The notes under the pieces: generated by a model
Seen by the model: only the letters and a program-made list of their open reading frames with translations
What the model was told of the DNA's origin: nothing
Database searches by the model: none
Assembly (NCBI GenBank): GCA_965240325.2
Contig: OZ251239.1
Coordinates: forward strand, 1,602,845 to 1,666,844
From: Rebecca billardiae RCC1528
Lineage: Eukaryota; Protista; Haptophyta
Direction of reading: 5' to 3'
Length of the DNA: 64,000 nt
Part shown: in pieces, positions 10,830 through 22,063 of the stretch
How positions within the stretch are numbered: the stretch's first letter is position 1
Layout: each line of letters starts with the position of its first letter
Program-made: the position numbers and the translations under genes

Positions 10830-13629
10830 CTACCGTCGCGCGCGACATCCGCGCCGTAAATCACCGTCACCGAGCGGTCCTGAGCGCGCCGCCATCAATT
10901 TGCTCCTGAGTGATGCCGAAAACTCCTTCTCCGGAAGCCCAGCCTCCTCGCGCAGGAGCTTGCGCGCCGTCATGCACTCCGCGATCAGGTCGATCGCGTC
11001 GGTCTCCGCCCTGCGCTGCCATTCGCCTGCCGCTTGGCGTACTTCTTCAGCCAGAGCCGCCGCACCTTGTCGCCGAACTCCTCTGCCCACGTCGCAAGCG
11101 ACACGCGGCGCACGAGCTGCGCGACCGTCGAGATGTGCGGCTCCGCCGTCGACTTCTTCCCCTCGGCGTACTCGCGGACGAATGAGTCGAGTGACTTGCG
11201 CGCGTGCACGAGCGGCATCGCACGCTTGGTCACCTGCACGAAATGCCCCTGCACCTGCTCGTCCGCGAGCTGCACGAGGCGCCCCCGCCGCCTGAGGCGA
11301 GACGCCGTCTGCGCCCGCCTCCGTGACCGCCCAGACGTTGAAGCGGAGCGGTGGGACGTTGTGCGAGCCCTGGCCGGCGAGGCTGGCGAGGCTGACGTAA
11401 GCGCCGGTGCACGCCACGATGGCCTTCTGCTCCTCCGCGTAGTCGGCCGCCTCGGCGCCGCCGCCAAAACCGCCGCCGGCCGCGCTGCCGCCTGCCGAGG
11501 CAGTGCTGCCACCGAGGCCGCGCTGCTGCGCGCCGCCGCCGGCCGCGCCGCCGCCGGCCGCGCCGCCACCAGCCGCACCACCACCCGCACTGTCAGCCGC
11601 GCCGCTGGCCGCGCCACATGCCGCGCCACCGGCCACGCGGACGCCAGCACCGGCTGTGCCGCTAGCCACGCCGCTGCCACTGCCGGCCGCGCCGCCCACG
11701 CCGCCGCCCGCGCCCGCGCCCGCGCCCGCGTTGCCAGCCGCGCCCCCGGCCGCGCCGCCGGCCGCGCCGCCGGCCGCGCCACCGGCCGCGCGGACGCCAG
11801 CGCCAGCGGTGCCGCCAGCCACGCAGCTGCCGCTGCTGCTGCCACCAGTGCTGCTGCTGCCGCCCGCACCGGCCGCGCCGCCGCCGGCCGCGCCGCCGCC
11901 GGGAGCGCCGCCGCCGGCCGCGCGATCGCCAGCGCTGTCAGCCGCGCCGCTGTCCGCGCCGCCGGCCGCACCTCCGGCCGCGCCTCCAGCCGCGCGGACG
12001 CCAACGCCAGCTGTGCCGCCAGCCACGCCACTGCAGCTGCCGCCCGCGCCGCCCGCGCCGCCGCCAGCACCCGCGCCCGCGTTGCCAGCCGCGCCGCCGG
12101 CCGCGTCCGGCCGCGTCGCCGGGCGCACCGCCGCCTGGCGCGCAGTTGTCGGGCGTGCCGCCGTCGGGCGCGCCGCCACCGGGCCCGCCATCGCCCGCGC
12201 TGTCAGCCGCGCCGCCGGCCGCGCCGCAGGCCGCGCCACCGGCCGCGCGGACGCGAACGCCGGCTGTGCCGCCAGCCACGCCGCTGTCGCTGCAGCTGCC
12301 GCCGCCGCCGCTGCTGCGGGCCGCGCCGGCCGCGCGCGGCCGCGCCGCCGGCCGCGCCGCCGCCGGCAGTGCCGCCGCCGGCCGCGCCACCGCCCGCGCT
12401 GTCAGCCGCGCCGCTAGCCGCGCCGCCGGCCGCGCCACCGGCCGCACGGACGCCAGCGCCGACTGTGCCGCCAGCCACGCCGCTGCCGCTGCCGCTCGCG
12501 CCGGCCGCGCCGCCGTCCGTGCCCGCGGACGCGCCCGCGTTGCCAGCCGCGCCGCCCGCCGCGCCGCCGGCCGCGCCGCCGACCGCGCAACCGGCCGCGC
12601 GGACTCCAGCGCCGGCGGCACCGCCAGCTACGCCGCTACCGCTGCCGCTGCCGCCGCTGCCGCCGGCCGCGCCGCCGGCCGCGTCGCCGGCCGCGCCGCC
12701 TGCAGCGCCGCCAGCCGCGCCGCCCTGCCGCGCTGGCCACGTGCAGCGGCGGCAGCTGGCGGCGCCGGTCGCGGTGGGAGCCGGCCGCTCCGGATCACGT
12801 CATTGATCCCGTCGGCGTCCGCACTCCATAGCTCGGGCATGTCCGAGTCCGGCCGCTCCGAGATGGCGATCGCCTCCGACGACGCGAGCGCAACACCCTC
12901 ATAGTTGCGCACGATGGCGATCGTGGCCGAGCGCGAGTGCGCTGCGTTTGGCCCGTGTCCGCCGAGAAGAGGAGGACATGCGGCTGCCCGCGCGGACGCG
13001 CGGACTTGCCGTAGTGCTCCAAGCGATCCAGCACGGCGCCCACGGCCTGCGCCCACGGCCGCGCCGCCGACTCGCTGCCGATCATCATCACGCCCGCGCC
13101 CGCGTGCTCGCGATTGCGCAGCGCGCTCTCACGTGAGCCAGCCACCGGCGGCGGGATCGGGTGGCGCATGCCCAGGTTGAGCCACGTCGAGAACTCTCGG
13201 GCTGGCGCGAGCCCACGATGCGCAGTGTGCGGTCCTTCTCGCGCGCCTAGTGCACGACGCCCTCGTCGTCGAGCTAGGTGCAGGCATGCAAGACGAGCGC
13301 GTCTCACGAGAAGAGCCGCAGCTTGGCTACACGCAGCAGGTTGTTCTTCTTCCGCTGGGCCTTGATGGCGGCGAGGCTGTTGACGCTGCGCTTGACCTCC
13401 GCCAGGTAGTTCTCGTTCGGCATGATCGAGTGGTCCACCTCGCTCGCGGCCTCGCGCGCGCGCAGCTTGAGCATCTCGTGCGGCTGAGCGCCGCGGCCAT
13501 GCGCAGCCATGCAGATGCGGCAGAGACGTGGCGCCCGATGCGTTAGGCACCTTTGCGATGCAGCTTGAGCTTCCTAGGCTTCGCGCAGGAACGCTTGCCC
13601 TTGCCCACGGTGAGCACAGCCGTCGTCAT
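10830..13629 (-). pseudogene. Frameshifted, apparently intronless ORF of unknown family with a central Gly/Ala repeat (pseudogene or TE-derived ORF)
   Basis: Protein-like blocks alternate among the three minus frames (ORFs 13304..13510, 12795..13550, 12628..13056, 10830..12239, 10985..12070) with no splice signals seen at the switches. Confidence 0.45.
11450..12730. repeat. Imperfect GC-rich tandem repeat, about 6 composite units; minus strand reads GVAGGTAGAGVRAAGGAAGGAA
   Basis: cggacgccagc...gtgccgccagccacgccgctg recurs near 11640, 11790, 11995, 12247, 12447 and 12600, separated by ccggccgcgccg runs. Confidence 0.8.
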
Positions 13630-15120
13630 TGCTGCGCGCGGCGAGCGTGGTCCCGCGCGGCCGTGCCGGGCGCAGCGCCGCCGCAAGTTAGTCTGATACA
13701 AATTCCCGGTCACCCATACAAAAGTAAGCGTTCCCGCTGCGCATGTGCGTGGATCACGAGTAACCCGCCCCCTGAATGTAAACTCCGCGCCTGTGCTTCC
13801 TGCATCCCCGCGCGCGGCGGCGTGCGTGCGGGCGCGAATTCGCACCGTGTCACGAACAGACCTAGCAAAGTAGATCGGTGTGGCGCGTCGGGACGCGGAG
13901 CGGGTGCGGGGCAGGCGGGGGATAGGTTGGGGAACACCCGCGATTAGAGCACCGGTGGCGCGCAGCGGCGACGTGGACGCCGCCACACGCGGCACGCACG
14001 GCGCGCGCTCGCACCGCGAGTCGAACGTCCGCTCGCCAAGCCCTCCGCTCGGCGTCCGTGCGACGCCGAGCGACGAGCGCTCTCGGGATTTTGCCCGGAC
14101 CACCAGATTCAACCGTTAACGGCCGAAAATCAATTTGTTGGAGTTTCCTTAACGGCCGCTTTAAAAAAGAAATCGTTGCTGTGATGCGATATGATGACAC
14201 AATAATCTCCCGACGAAATATCGAAATATATGCCCGCCATTATAAATATCTCGTCCTCGGTTATAATTGGTAACTGTTTGAGTCGTCCGTTTAAGTTCGT
14301 TTATATAGGCTTATAATAATTCCAGGCCCAGGGAATGTAGAATCCGCCTGCGGCATGTGCCAATTTCAGACTGCCAAAAGGCAAAATGGGATCTAGACAG
14401 CAGGTGCGATTCTGGTCAGCATTCAGCATTAATAGCGAGATCACCTTGGAGATCGCGTGTATCTCCCCTACTAATGTTGCCGAGATCGCGTCGAGATTGA
14501 GGTCGTACTCCAGTATATATATGTGACATTTTTTCGCAAAACTTGTCCGAGCGTGACCCCAGCTCATTTCGTCAGGCGAATATTGACATCCGCCCGTCGA
14601 AGGCGAAGTTTATTCAGTTTGAGAGCCTCATCTCACTAGACGCGACAGGAAGTTGCTTGTAGATATAGTTATTTATATTATTGATAGCGTGGGCCACGCT
14701 AATTCCCCCCAGTGGCCGCTACTCAGTGCGGGGCTCTGGGCCCCTCTAGTCAGTGAGTGCCAAAGTTGATGACGACAGTAGCTGCCAGCCGCCACCGTCA
14801 GCAGTAGCGTCAATAACGTCGTGGCGGTAACACTGACATACAGCGCGACGTTGCGCGCCGCTGTCTTTCGTCCGCGTTCGTCAGACGTGAACGTGAGCAC
14901 CGCCACCGGCGGGTCGAATGTCGCGAGCCCCAGAATGCCCAGCGCCAGCCCTCGGACAGCGGTGGACGCTCAGCCGGCGGCTGCTTGACTCGCGCCCTCC
15001 GTCCCGACCGCGCCATCAAAAGTCGGACGCGGCAACGCGACGCCGCGCCTCTGGACCGCGGCATCACCACTCGGCTCCTCGTCTCAGTACAGGCGTGTGT
15101 GCGTGTGTGCACGGCGGCGC

Positions 15121-15467
15121 TCAGGAGAGCTGCCTCGCCAGGTAGCCGTGCACCACTTTGAGCGCGTCGTTCCACTGCTGCGTGACGTTTCGCTCCACCT
15201 CCGTGTGCAATCGGCTCGGCAAGGCCTGTGCGCAGCACGGCGCGCGCACGCGCGCGGCGCGGTGAGCACGCGCGGCGCCCAGGTGGGAGGCGCGCGCACG
15301 GTCGGGCGCGCGCGCACCGCCGGCTTTGTGCCGGACGAGACCACGGCGGGGGAGGGCGAGACGTGCCGAGCTATCTCGTCCCTGCTCTTCCACACGGCGT
15401 GGTACATGTGGAACGTGCCCACCGCCGCGGCGGCGGCGCCCGTCGCCATCGCGGTGAGCGCCTGCAT
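15121..15467 (-). CDS. Small single-TM protein of 84 aa, MICOS Mic12/QIL1-like; intron 15226-15317
   Basis: Spliced product MQALTAMATGAAAAAVGTFHMYHAVWKSRDEI...VERNVTQQWNDALKVVHGYLARQLS. An N-terminal hydrophobic helix plus a C-terminal WN-containing amphipathic helix fits Mic12-like proteins. The family call is tentative. Confidence 0.6.
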
Positions 15468-15693
15468 CGCGGCCCCGCTGCGCTTGCTCAGCGAAAGGGC
15501 TGCCGCAGCGCGCCAGACCTCATCAGCAGCAGGACTTGCAAATCCGATGTCCAAAAGAGTCCGGCCAGGCCAACGCTCAATCGCTCATCGGAATGGCGGC
15601 CGTCCACTCACTAACTCAGCTGATCTACGCTCGGCCAGGCCCGCCACGCGGCGTGCAGTGCGCCCCGGCGACGTCTGGGCGGGCACCTCCGCC

Positions 15694-18600
15694 TCACACC
15701 ATCTCGAGGCCAGCCTCGCCCGCCGACGCGCCTCGCGGCACCGAGCCGCCGCTCGCGCGATGAGCCGCGCCGAGCGCAGCCGTCGAGCTCGACGGCCGCC
15801 TCTCGCCCAAGGGCGGCGCAGGCGCCGCGGTCTGGACCGCGCTCCCGCGCGCCTCCGCGGCCCCGTCCTCCAGGTAGTCCGCGGCGTCGACGAACACGTC
15901 GCCCTCGCCCTCGGCCGCCACGCCGCCCTCGGCCGCGCCGCTCGGCGCGCGCGGCCGCGCAGCGGCGCCGTCCGAGCCGCGCGCCGAGCGCGCGCCGAGC
16001 GCGCCCGCGGCTAGCGCGGCGGGGGAGCGCGCGCTCCGCGAGGCGCCCGCGCCGCGCCCACTGCCGCTGCCCGAGCGCTCCCGCCTGCCGAGTGAGCTCG
16101 AGGCGGAGGAGGCTGCGCTGAGCAGCGCGGAGAGGTGCCGCCCGAGCGCCGCCCCGAGCGCGGGCGGCGGGAGCGGCACAAAGGGCGCGCGCGCGTCCTC
16201 CTCCGCCTCCTCCTCCGCCTCCTCCTCCGCCTCCTCCTCCGCCTCCTCCTCCGCCTCCTCCTCCGCCTCCTCCTCCGCCTCAGGCATCTCGGCGGCGGCG
16301 GCGGCGGGCGCGCCGCCGGCCGCGTCGCCCTCGTCGCCGCCGCTACCGCGCGGCGCGGCGCACGCCCGGGGCTTGCCCGCGCCGCCGCGCGCGGGCGGCG
16401 GCGCAGCGGCCTCGGCCTCGGCGCCGGAACTGGGCTCGTCGGCCAGCTCGGCGCCGAGCAGGTGCTGGGACGCCGCGCCTACGGCCGTGCGCGCCAGACT
16501 CTGCACGGCGGTGCCGCGCGCGCGCCAGCCGCCGCACGCGGCCGCCTCGCGCCGCGCGCCGGGCTCGAGCCCTGGGCCCTGCGGCTGCCCCAGCGGCCGC
16601 CCCGGCGGCTGCCCCTGCCCCCGGTGCGGCTGCCGCTGCCCCCGGTGCGGCTGCCGCTGCCGCCGCCTTCGCTGGAGCTCGAGCACGCCGAGCACGTCCG
16701 CGCGCGGCGGCAGCGCGCCCGAGGCCAGCGCCCAGCCGCTGAGCTTGGACACGGCCACGAGGGCGCACAGGGAGAGCAGCACGATGGCGGTGCGGAAGGG
16801 GAAGAGCTGCGGCGAGTCCGACGGCGCGGGGCCGGTCGGCACGAGCGCGTTGAACCACGGCCAGCGCAGCCGCGCGCGCACGCCAAAGCGCGGCTCGCCC
16901 GAGAGCACACGCAGCGCGCCGCCGAGCGCGAGCGCGGCCGCGCCGCCGTACGCGTTGGCGTCCGCGCAGCCGAGCGCGCCGAGCAGCGGCGGCAGGAAGA
17001 GCGTGTACGTCACGTCCTCCGCCGCGTACACGAGCGCCTCCACCTCCGCCGAGGAGAGCGCCAGCGCCAGCCCGCCGAGCGCGCACGCCGCCATTGCCAG
17101 CCGCGCGACGTGCGCCAGCGCCGAGCGGAGCGCCGCGCGCTCGGCCGCGTGCCGCGCGGACGCGCGCGCGGCGCGGCGGTAGCTCGTGCGGCCGAAGGGC
17201 AGCCAGAAGAGGTTCCACGTGAGCAGCGCGGAGCACGCCAGCACCAGCGAGTCCATCGACGAGATCATCGCCGCCACCACGCCGCCCACGCCCAGCCACG
17301 TCACCCCCGCGGGCGCGAGGTACCGGATGGCGCACGGCGCGCGCAGCGCGGGCTCCGACACGCACGCGCGCGGGACGGCCGGCACGGAGGGCCAGTCGGC
17401 GCGCGCGCCTGCCGCGCCGAGGAGCACGCACGCGCAGCCGAGCGCGAGCTGCAGCGCCGCCGCCACGAGCGACATCCGCCGCGCGGCCGCGGGCGAGCTG
17501 GGCGGCGCGCGGCGCGCGGCGCGCGGTCAGCCGGTGGCGGGTGGGCGGTGGCGGGTGGGCGGTGGCGGCGGCGGCGCGCGCGGCGGGCGCGGCGGGGGCG
17601 TACCGGGCGGCGAGCACGCGCTGGGCGTACATGGGCGAGATGGCCGCCGAGGCGAGCAGCATGAGCACGCGGTCGAACCAGACGTAGCTGCGCCGCGCAC
17701 ACCGCCGCGCACACCGCCGCGCACACCGCCGCGCGAGGGTCCGGAGGGCGAAGGGTGTAGGTAGGGTTAGGGTTAGGGTTAGGGTTACACCCCCGCGCGA
17801 GGGTCCGGAGGGCGAAGGGCAGCGAACGCGCGCGGGGGGCGGTGTGTGCTGCTGCGGCGGCGGCGGCTGCTGCTGCGGGGTGTGCCGCGCGCGCGACCGG
17901 CGCGGTGCGCGGGCGGGCGGGGGCGGGCGGCGGCGGCGCGCGATCGCGCACCTCAGGTCGACGTACGCCGCCACCGCCGCCTCGCCGCAAGACAGCTCGC
18001 ACACGCCGGTCGGCCCGCAGCGCGTGCGCTCGTCGATCGCGCCGCCGCCGGGCAGCAGGCAACCGAGCGGCGCGTGCGACACGCGCGCGCGCCAGCTGCC
18101 CACCCACTCGGGCACGGCTGCGGTGGCGTCGTCGGGCGCGAGCAGCGGGCGCGTGTACGCCGAGCCCAGCGCGAACGGCAGGAGGACCCCCAGGGAGAGC
18201 ACAAACACGCACAGCTGCAGCACGTCGGTGAGCGCCACCACGCGGAGGCCGCCCGCCACCGTGTACGCGAGGGCGACGGCCATCGAGACGCCGAGCGCGG
18301 GGCCGCGCGGGATCTGCAGGCAGACGAGGAGCGTGGCCGAGAGCGAGTTGAGGATCGCGGCGAACCACACGACCGCTGAGAAGACGAGAGGCAGCAGCAG
18401 CAGCCCGCCCACCAGGTGCCCCAGCCGCGCCTGCACCGGGTCGAGCACGGTCGTGTACTGGCGCGCGCGCAGCGTGGGCGCGAGGAGCAGCCCGCCCAGC
18501 GCGAAGGAGGCCGCCCAGCAGAAGGGCGCCACCGTCCACACCAGCCCGTACCGCGCGATGCCCTCCGCCGTGCCGTTGATCAGACCGGCGGACGTGAAGG

Positions 18601-18941
18601 ACGCGACGAGCGAGCACGCGCCCACGCCCACCGACATCGAGCGGTCGGCGACGAAGTAGGTGAGCGCCTGGAGACGGAGCGCGCCGGGGGGGACGCGCCG
18701 GGCGTCGGCGCGCGCGCGGCAGCGTGGGCGCGCGTGCGTGCCGGCGCGCGCGTGCCGTCACGCCGGACGAGGAGAACATGCGCGCGGCGTGCGAGGCGCC
18801 GAGGCCGGCGACGAGCATGGCGAGGGCGAAGATGATGAAGAACGCCTGCCCCTGCCACTGCTCGCCGTGCTGCCCGCTGTCGTCCGGCAGCGAGAGGAAG
18901 CCAAACGACGACAGCAGCCCGCCGCCGCCGGACGCCGCCAT
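15694..18941 (-). CDS. Na+/solute symporter, high-affinity choline transporter (SLC5A7/CHT1)-like; 4 exons, long acidic low-complexity tail
   Basis: INGTAE, GLVWTVAP, LGGLLLA..LRARQYTTVLDP, VVALTDVLQL, QRVLAA, AAMISSMDS, LRVLSGEP and QLFPFRT parallel CHT1. Introns: about 18668-18756/18762 (GC or GT donor), 17688-17951 and 17498-17603. Confidence 0.88.
16197..16280. repeat. 12-bp coding tandem repeat encoding (EEEA)n in the transporter tail
   Basis: cctcctccgcct is repeated about 7 times. Confidence 0.9.
17729..17819. repeat. Interstitial telomeric tract flanked by a 27-bp direct repeat, inside an intron
   Basis: ccgcgcgagggtccggagggcgaaggg at 17729-17755 and 17793-17819 brackets tgtaggtagggttagggttagggttagggttacaccc. 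Confidence 0.9.
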
Positions 18942-19188
18942 CGCCGCCGCGCGCCGCCCAGGCCGGGCGCGCTCGTTGGCACGCGCACAGACTACGGCGT
19001 GTATGTCTTCAGTCTTGGACGGATTTACGGTATCGTAAAGTAGTGTTTTTCTCTACTCGTCAATTCACCACAATTACTGTGCGCATGCGTGCGCATTGCG
19101 CCAGTGCTGATCAGCAGATGATGATGCAGCTTGCGCATCATGGGCTGACTACGACGGATCCGATCGGATGCCTCGCCGCCCAAGCTGG

Positions 19189-20757
19189 TCAGCCCGCCGC
19201 CGCGGAGGCGCCCGCCTCGGCGGAGGCCGCGGGGGCGGCGCGCTCGCCTGCGAACGCGAGCAGCGCGCACAGCCCGGGCCCGCCCTCCGCCGCCTCCAGC
19301 CGCACGCGCGCGCCCGCGCCCACGAGCAGCGCCAGCCCGGCCAGGGGCAGCGCCCACTCGGCGCTCAGCAGCGGCAGGGGCGCGGCGGGGGGCGCGGCGG
19401 GAGGCGGGGCCGTCGTGACGCGCACGCTGCCCAGGCCGGGCGGCTCGCCCGCCGCGCCGCCGTCCGCCGGCAGCGCGAGCAGCAGCGCGGGCACGCGCAG
19501 CGGCTGCAGCGCGCGCGCCCCGCCCGGCGCCAGCCGTGTGTGCTCGAGGCAGTAGCCGCCCGAAGGCTGCGCGGGCGCGCGGCAGCGGTACACGCGCGGA
19601 GCGTCCGGCGGGGGCGCGGGTGTGGCGAGGCCGGCGGTGCCGGCGCCGGCGCCGGCGCCGCCGCTGCTGCTGCCCGCCGCCGTGTACTCGAGCATCGCGC
19701 ACAGCGCCTCGGGCTGCGCCGCCTCGCCGTCCGTCAGCCCGCCGAGGGCGGCGCCGCCGCCGGGCGCGCCGCCCGCCGCGGCCGCAGAGTGCGCGCCCTC
19801 GCGCGGGCCGAGCTGCGCCGCCTCGCCGCGCAGGAGGGCGTGCGCCGCGCCGCCGGGCACGAGCAGCGCCTCCCCGCGCCGCAGCGTGCGCCGCGCGAGC
19901 AGCAGCGGGCACAGCACCGCCCCGCCACCCCCCGAGCCGAAGCGGCGCGCGAGCGCCAGGCACGCGTCCTCTGCGGCACTGCGCAGCGGCGCGGCCGTCG
20001 CCTCCACGCGCGCGGCGAGCGCGGCGGTCGCGGCGGCGGCGGCGTGCGGCGGCGCGCAGAGCAGCGCGCGCGTCGCCGCCTCGAGCGCGCGCGCGCGCGC
20101 GCCCTCGGCCGCCGCGCCGCCGCCGCCGCCACCGCCGCTCCCAGCGCCGCCGCCGCCGCCGCCGCCGCCGCCGTCGGCGCCGGCCGTGCGCGCGGGCGGC
20201 GGCGCGGGCGGCGCGTCCGCCGCCGCCTCGAGCTGGTCGATGGCGGCGGCGAAGGCGGGGAGGTGCTCGAGCACCTCGGGGCACGCGCGCGCGTACTCCA
20301 CGATCGCGCGCGCGTGCGCGAAGCCGCACAGCACCTCCACCTCGCCGCCGAGCGCCAGCAGCACGCTCGGCGGCGCGGCGCGGCCGTGCGCGTGCAGCGG
20401 CGTCGGCGACGCGACGGCGAGGAGCTTGAGGGCGAAGGGGAGCGCGGCGGCGGGCGGCGCGCGGGAGAAGACGCCGCACAGCGCGGGCCGCTGGCGCAGC
20501 AGCTCGAGCAGCGGCGTGGGCAGCGGCGTCGTCTGCGCGAGCGCGTGCGCGCGCGGGTGCGACGAGAACGTGAGCGCGCCCACTGCGACACCCGCCTCGT
20601 CCGCGTCGGCGGGGAGCGCGCCCGTCGCGCCGGCGAGGCGCGCGGCGAGTCCGCCGCGCGCGCCGCGCGCGCCCCACGCGTGCAGCTCCGCCACGCCGCG
20701 CAGCGCGAACGAGCGCGGCGCGGCGGGGTCGTCGTCGGCGTCGTCGCGATCCGCCAT
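19189..20757 (-). CDS. Mannose-6-phosphate isomerase class I-like protein, probably catalytically degenerate
   Basis: Type I PMI landmarks appear in order: HAWGARG, LPFALKLLAVASPTPLHAH, LCGF, LRRGEALLVPGGAAHALLRG, GLT, LCAMLEY. The HKPE and NVVRAG motifs are not conserved. Confidence 0.75.
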   Translation of the reverse strand: MADRDDADDDPAAPRSFALRGVAELHAWGARGARGGLAARLAGATGALPADADEAGVAVGALTFSSHPRAHALAQTTPLPTPLLELLRQRPALCGVFSRAPPAAALPFALKLLAVASPTPLHAHGRAAPPSVLLALGGEVEVLCGFAHARAIVEYARACPEVLEHLPAFAAAIDQLEAAADAPPAPPPARTAGADGGGGGGGGGAGSGGGGGGGAAAEGARARALEAATRALLCAPPHAAAAATAALAARVEATAAPLRSAAEDACLALARRFGSGGGGAVLCPLLLARRTLRRGEALLVPGGAAHALLRGEAAQLGPREGAHSAAAAGGAPGGGAALGGLTDGEAAQPEALCAMLEYTAAGSSSGGAGAGAGTAGLATPAPPPDAPRVYRCRAPAQPSGGYCLEHTRLAPGGARALQPLRVPALLLALPADGGAAGEPPGLGSVRVTTAPPPAAPPAAPLPLLSAEWALPLAGLALLVGAGARVRLEAAEGGPGLCALLAFAGERAAPAASAEAGASAAAG

Positions 20758-20876
20758 GGGGCCAGCAATGGCAAGTACTTACCCCGGTGGTTAGAAGCCG
20801 CCGGCGGCGGAAAGGGCGTCTGGAAAGCGATCGACGAAACACGCCGTTGCTGCTGGTGGCTGCAGCACTCAGAGAT

Positions 20877-21977
20877 CTACTGAGACGCGAAGCGCGCGCG
20901 CAGCCGGCGCATGTGCGCGTGGAAGCGCGCCTCGCGCTCCTCGGGCGTGAGCGCGCCCGTGAAGACGTGCTGCCGCACCCTCGGCTCCACCTCCGCCCAG
21001 CTCGCGCGCGCGCTGTGCGCGCGCGTGCACAGCAGGGTGCCGAGCAGCTCGTCGTACGCCCGGACAAAGCCGGCGTCGAGGGTGTCCTTGCAGAAGCGGG
21101 TGAGGCCGGCGCAGCCGAGGATCATCGCCGCCTCCGCCGCGCGCCACGTCCCGTCCGCCGACGGCGCCACCGCCCCGTCCGCCGTCAGCTCGACCGCGGC
21201 CGCGCCCGCGCGCGGCGCCGCGCGCGTCGCGCCCACGCCGCCCGCGTGCGCCGCGCGCGCGAGGAAGGGCAGCACGCGCTCGCGCAGATCGCGCTCGAGG
21301 ACGGGCGCGCCCGCGGGCCCGCGCTGCGCCGGCGTCGGCGCACCGTCCGAGAGGCCGTCAGGGGTAGGGGTAGGGGTAGGGGTAGGGGTAGGGGTAGGGG
21401 TAGCGAGCGCGTCCGCCTCCAATGGCACAAAGTCCGAGAGGAGGCAGAGGCGGCCGGAGGAGGCGTAGCGCGAGACCTCGTCGGGCGGGAGGTCCCGCGC
21501 CATCCACGCCAGCACGTCGCGGCGCACCTCGTCGTCCAGCGCGACGAGCAGGTCGTACGCCCACAGGTCGCCCAGGCAGAGGGACGCGCCGGGCGCGGCC
21601 GCGCGGATCGGGCAGAGGCCGAGCTCGGCGCACGCGGCGCGGGCGGCGGGCGGCGCGGGCGCGGCGTCGAAGTCGCCGAGGCTCGCCGCGTGCGGGTACA
21701 GCCACCACCCCGCGTCGGCCCACGCCGCCACGCGCTCGAGCAGCCCCTCGGCGACGCGCGCGCGCGCATTGTCGTCGTCCACAAACAAAATCTGCAGGTG
21801 GTAGCGGGAGGGGTCGACGGAGGCGGCGGCGGAGGAGACGCGCGCCTGGCGCCACGCGCGGAGCATGGCGCTGGGCGAGGCGGGCGACGCGTCGGCACAC
21901 GCGCCGGGGCGCGCGCCGCCCAGCGCGGCCGCGGCGCAGCAGAGCAGGGCCGCTCGCCGGCGGAGGGCGGCCGCCAT
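20877..21977 (-). CDS. LMW protein-tyrosine phosphatase/ArsC-fold protein lacking the catalytic Cys, with a signal/plastid-type leader
   Basis: ILFVDDDNARARVAEGLL corresponds to VLFVCxGNxCRSxxAE. DLWAYDLLVALDDEV and RLCLLSDF also fit. Hydrophobic N-terminus ALLCCAAAALGG. Confidence 0.72.
   Translation of the reverse strand: MAAALRRRAALLCCAAAALGGARPGACADASPASPSAMLRAWRQARVSSAAASVDPSRYHLQILFVDDDNARARVAEGLLERVAAWADAGWWLYPHAASLGDFDAAPAPPAARAACAELGLCPIRAAAPGASLCLGDLWAYDLLVALDDEVRRDVLAWMARDLPPDEVSRYASSGRLCLLSDFVPLEADALATPTPTPTPTPTPTPDGLSDGAPTPAQRGPAGAPVLERDLRERVLPFLARAAHAGGVGATRAAPRAGAAAVELTADGAVAPSADGTWRAAEAAMILGCAGLTRFCKDTLDAGFVRAYDELLGTLLCTRAHSARASWAEVEPRVRQHVFTGALTPEEREARFHAHMRRLRARFASQ
21361..21402. 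repeat. (GGGGTA)7 coding hexamer repeat (Thr-Pro linker)
   Basis: Read directly; in frame within the LMW-PTP-like ORF. Confidence 0.9.
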
Positions 21978-22063
21978 TGCTGCGCCCCGCGTGCTTCGGG
22001 AAGCGCCCGCCGCGCTTATTCGGCTGTGTATTTCGTACTGTGGCGACGGCTTCATGGGCGGTG

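Noticed and set aside
14301-14567. 88-aa low-GC ORF as an organellar or foreign insert
   Set aside because: No recognisable homology; cannot be supported without a search.
21361-21402. (GGGGTA)n as an interstitial telomere
   Set aside because: It differs from TTAGGG and is in frame as a Thr-Pro linker. A telomeric origin is not excluded but is unsupported.
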